From the NCBI GenBank assembly GCA_051294905.1, contig CM119372.1, positions 30,134,001 through 30,198,000 on the forward strand: a stretch of 64,000 bases of DNA. Reading direction: 5' to 3'. Made by a program: the position numbers and the translations under genes. Shown piece by piece: positions 63,021 to 64,000 of this stretch (position 1 is the stretch's first letter; the number at the start of each line of letters is the position of its first letter). The DNA comes from Botryllus schlosseri. Lineage: Eukaryota. The notes below the pieces were generated by a model. It saw only the letters and a list, made by a program, of their open reading frames with translations. It was not told where the DNA came from and made no database searches.

Positions 63021-63651
63021 CAGTATTGGGAACAAGTCACTACCTCCAAGTCACAAGTCGATTTTTCGAAGTGACTCGAGTCAAGTCAACTCATCATTCA
63101 AGTCAAATTGAATTTTTGAAGCATGAGGGGTGATTAAAAGTCATACATTTTGCTAGCTACTTGAACAAATTGATGATGCAACACTGAATACACTACCCAC
63201 CTACAACTCCGTGAGATACAGTTTAAGCATGATCCTGTTGCTAACTAATATGAAGGCATAAACTACGACTCGCTCGATTGAAATCAAAGGATGATTGTCA
63301 AAGCTGAGCCCTGCGCAATGTCAGCACTGATCAGTCTAAGTAACAGAGATACATTGATATAAGATCAATATCCCACTTAGTAGTATAGTAGTACTATAGT
63401 ACGACAACATAAGCTGTAAGCTATGATCATTTCCGGTCATTTTATTTGTGACGTAAATATGGACAGTATCGGGAACAATCCGAACTTACACAAGCCGATT
63501 ATACTTGATGACTTAAAATTGATTAGGAAATTCTGCTCCGAGTCACGACTCAATCGACATTTCTGAAACGCCGAGTCAAGTCAAGTCATTTTTGCTACGT
63601 GACCCGAATCAAGTCACAAAGAAAATGTTGACTCGAGTTATCCCAACATTG
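63021..63651. mobile_element. GACTCGAGTC-family MITE
   Basis: Termini CAGTATTGGG / CCCAACATTG; TSD CTATAGGG. Confidence 0.85.
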
Positions 63652-64000
63652 CTATAGGGTCCGGCAAACCATTTTCCCATTGATCAGGTTCCGCGGGGTC
63701 GAAAGGTCGAGAACGACTGAAATAAAGCATTTATGGCATAAAAGTACATTGGAATTTGTCACGTGTTATACGTCTCGCTTTTATCACTATGACTTCGACA
63801 TTTCGATCCTTAATGATGGTTAATTATAGTCTTAACATACTTCGAAAACGTCCGTTGAGTGTTATGAAAATAACAAAGCCTAGTCGCTAAGATTTCCACA
63901 TTATTATCAATAGCGAAAATTTCCAGATCCCTGGCATATCGACAGAAATGACGTCATGTAACATTAGTCATCTTTTCGGGTACCTTTTACTTTACTTGAT

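Larger units (their letters stand above)
59510..64000 (+). repeat. Inverted duplicate of the discoidin-gene upstream region
   Basis: 63720-64000 is the reverse complement of ~32900-33185; 60865-62520 of ~33195-35020; 59520-59600 of ~52100-52170. Confidence 0.85.

Overview
Eukaryotic (metazoan, probably invertebrate; inferred) AT-rich DNA. Nearly all ORFs in the supplied track are spurious or transposon fragments. The core is a tandem cluster of spliced minus-strand genes. Each encodes a small secreted protein of about 206 aa: signal peptide, short Cys-X9-Cys segment and one F5/8 type C (discoidin) domain, a retinoschisin-like layout. Copy A (839-8279) and copy C (42068-49118) are intact five-exon genes. 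Copy B (25063-32331) has a Trp-to-TGA nonsense codon and an Arg-to-Pro core substitution. An orphan 3' relic of another paralog lies at ~18.6-19.3 kb. The last ~4.5 kb is an inverted copy of the gene upstream region, which predicts a further plus-strand paralog starting just past the window end. The promoters carry a TATA box and clustered NF-kB-like and CRE-like motifs, locally duplicated in B and C. The rest is dense nested mobile DNA: many hAT-type MITEs with 8-bp TSDs (including 40-42 bp hairpin-only elements), a Penelope-like element with inverted pLTRs and minimal hammerhead ribozyme motifs, an RNase H-bearing LINE, L2/Crack-like LINE ends, tRNA-derived SINEs and a ~305-bp tandem array. 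All calls were made by eye; no searches were run.
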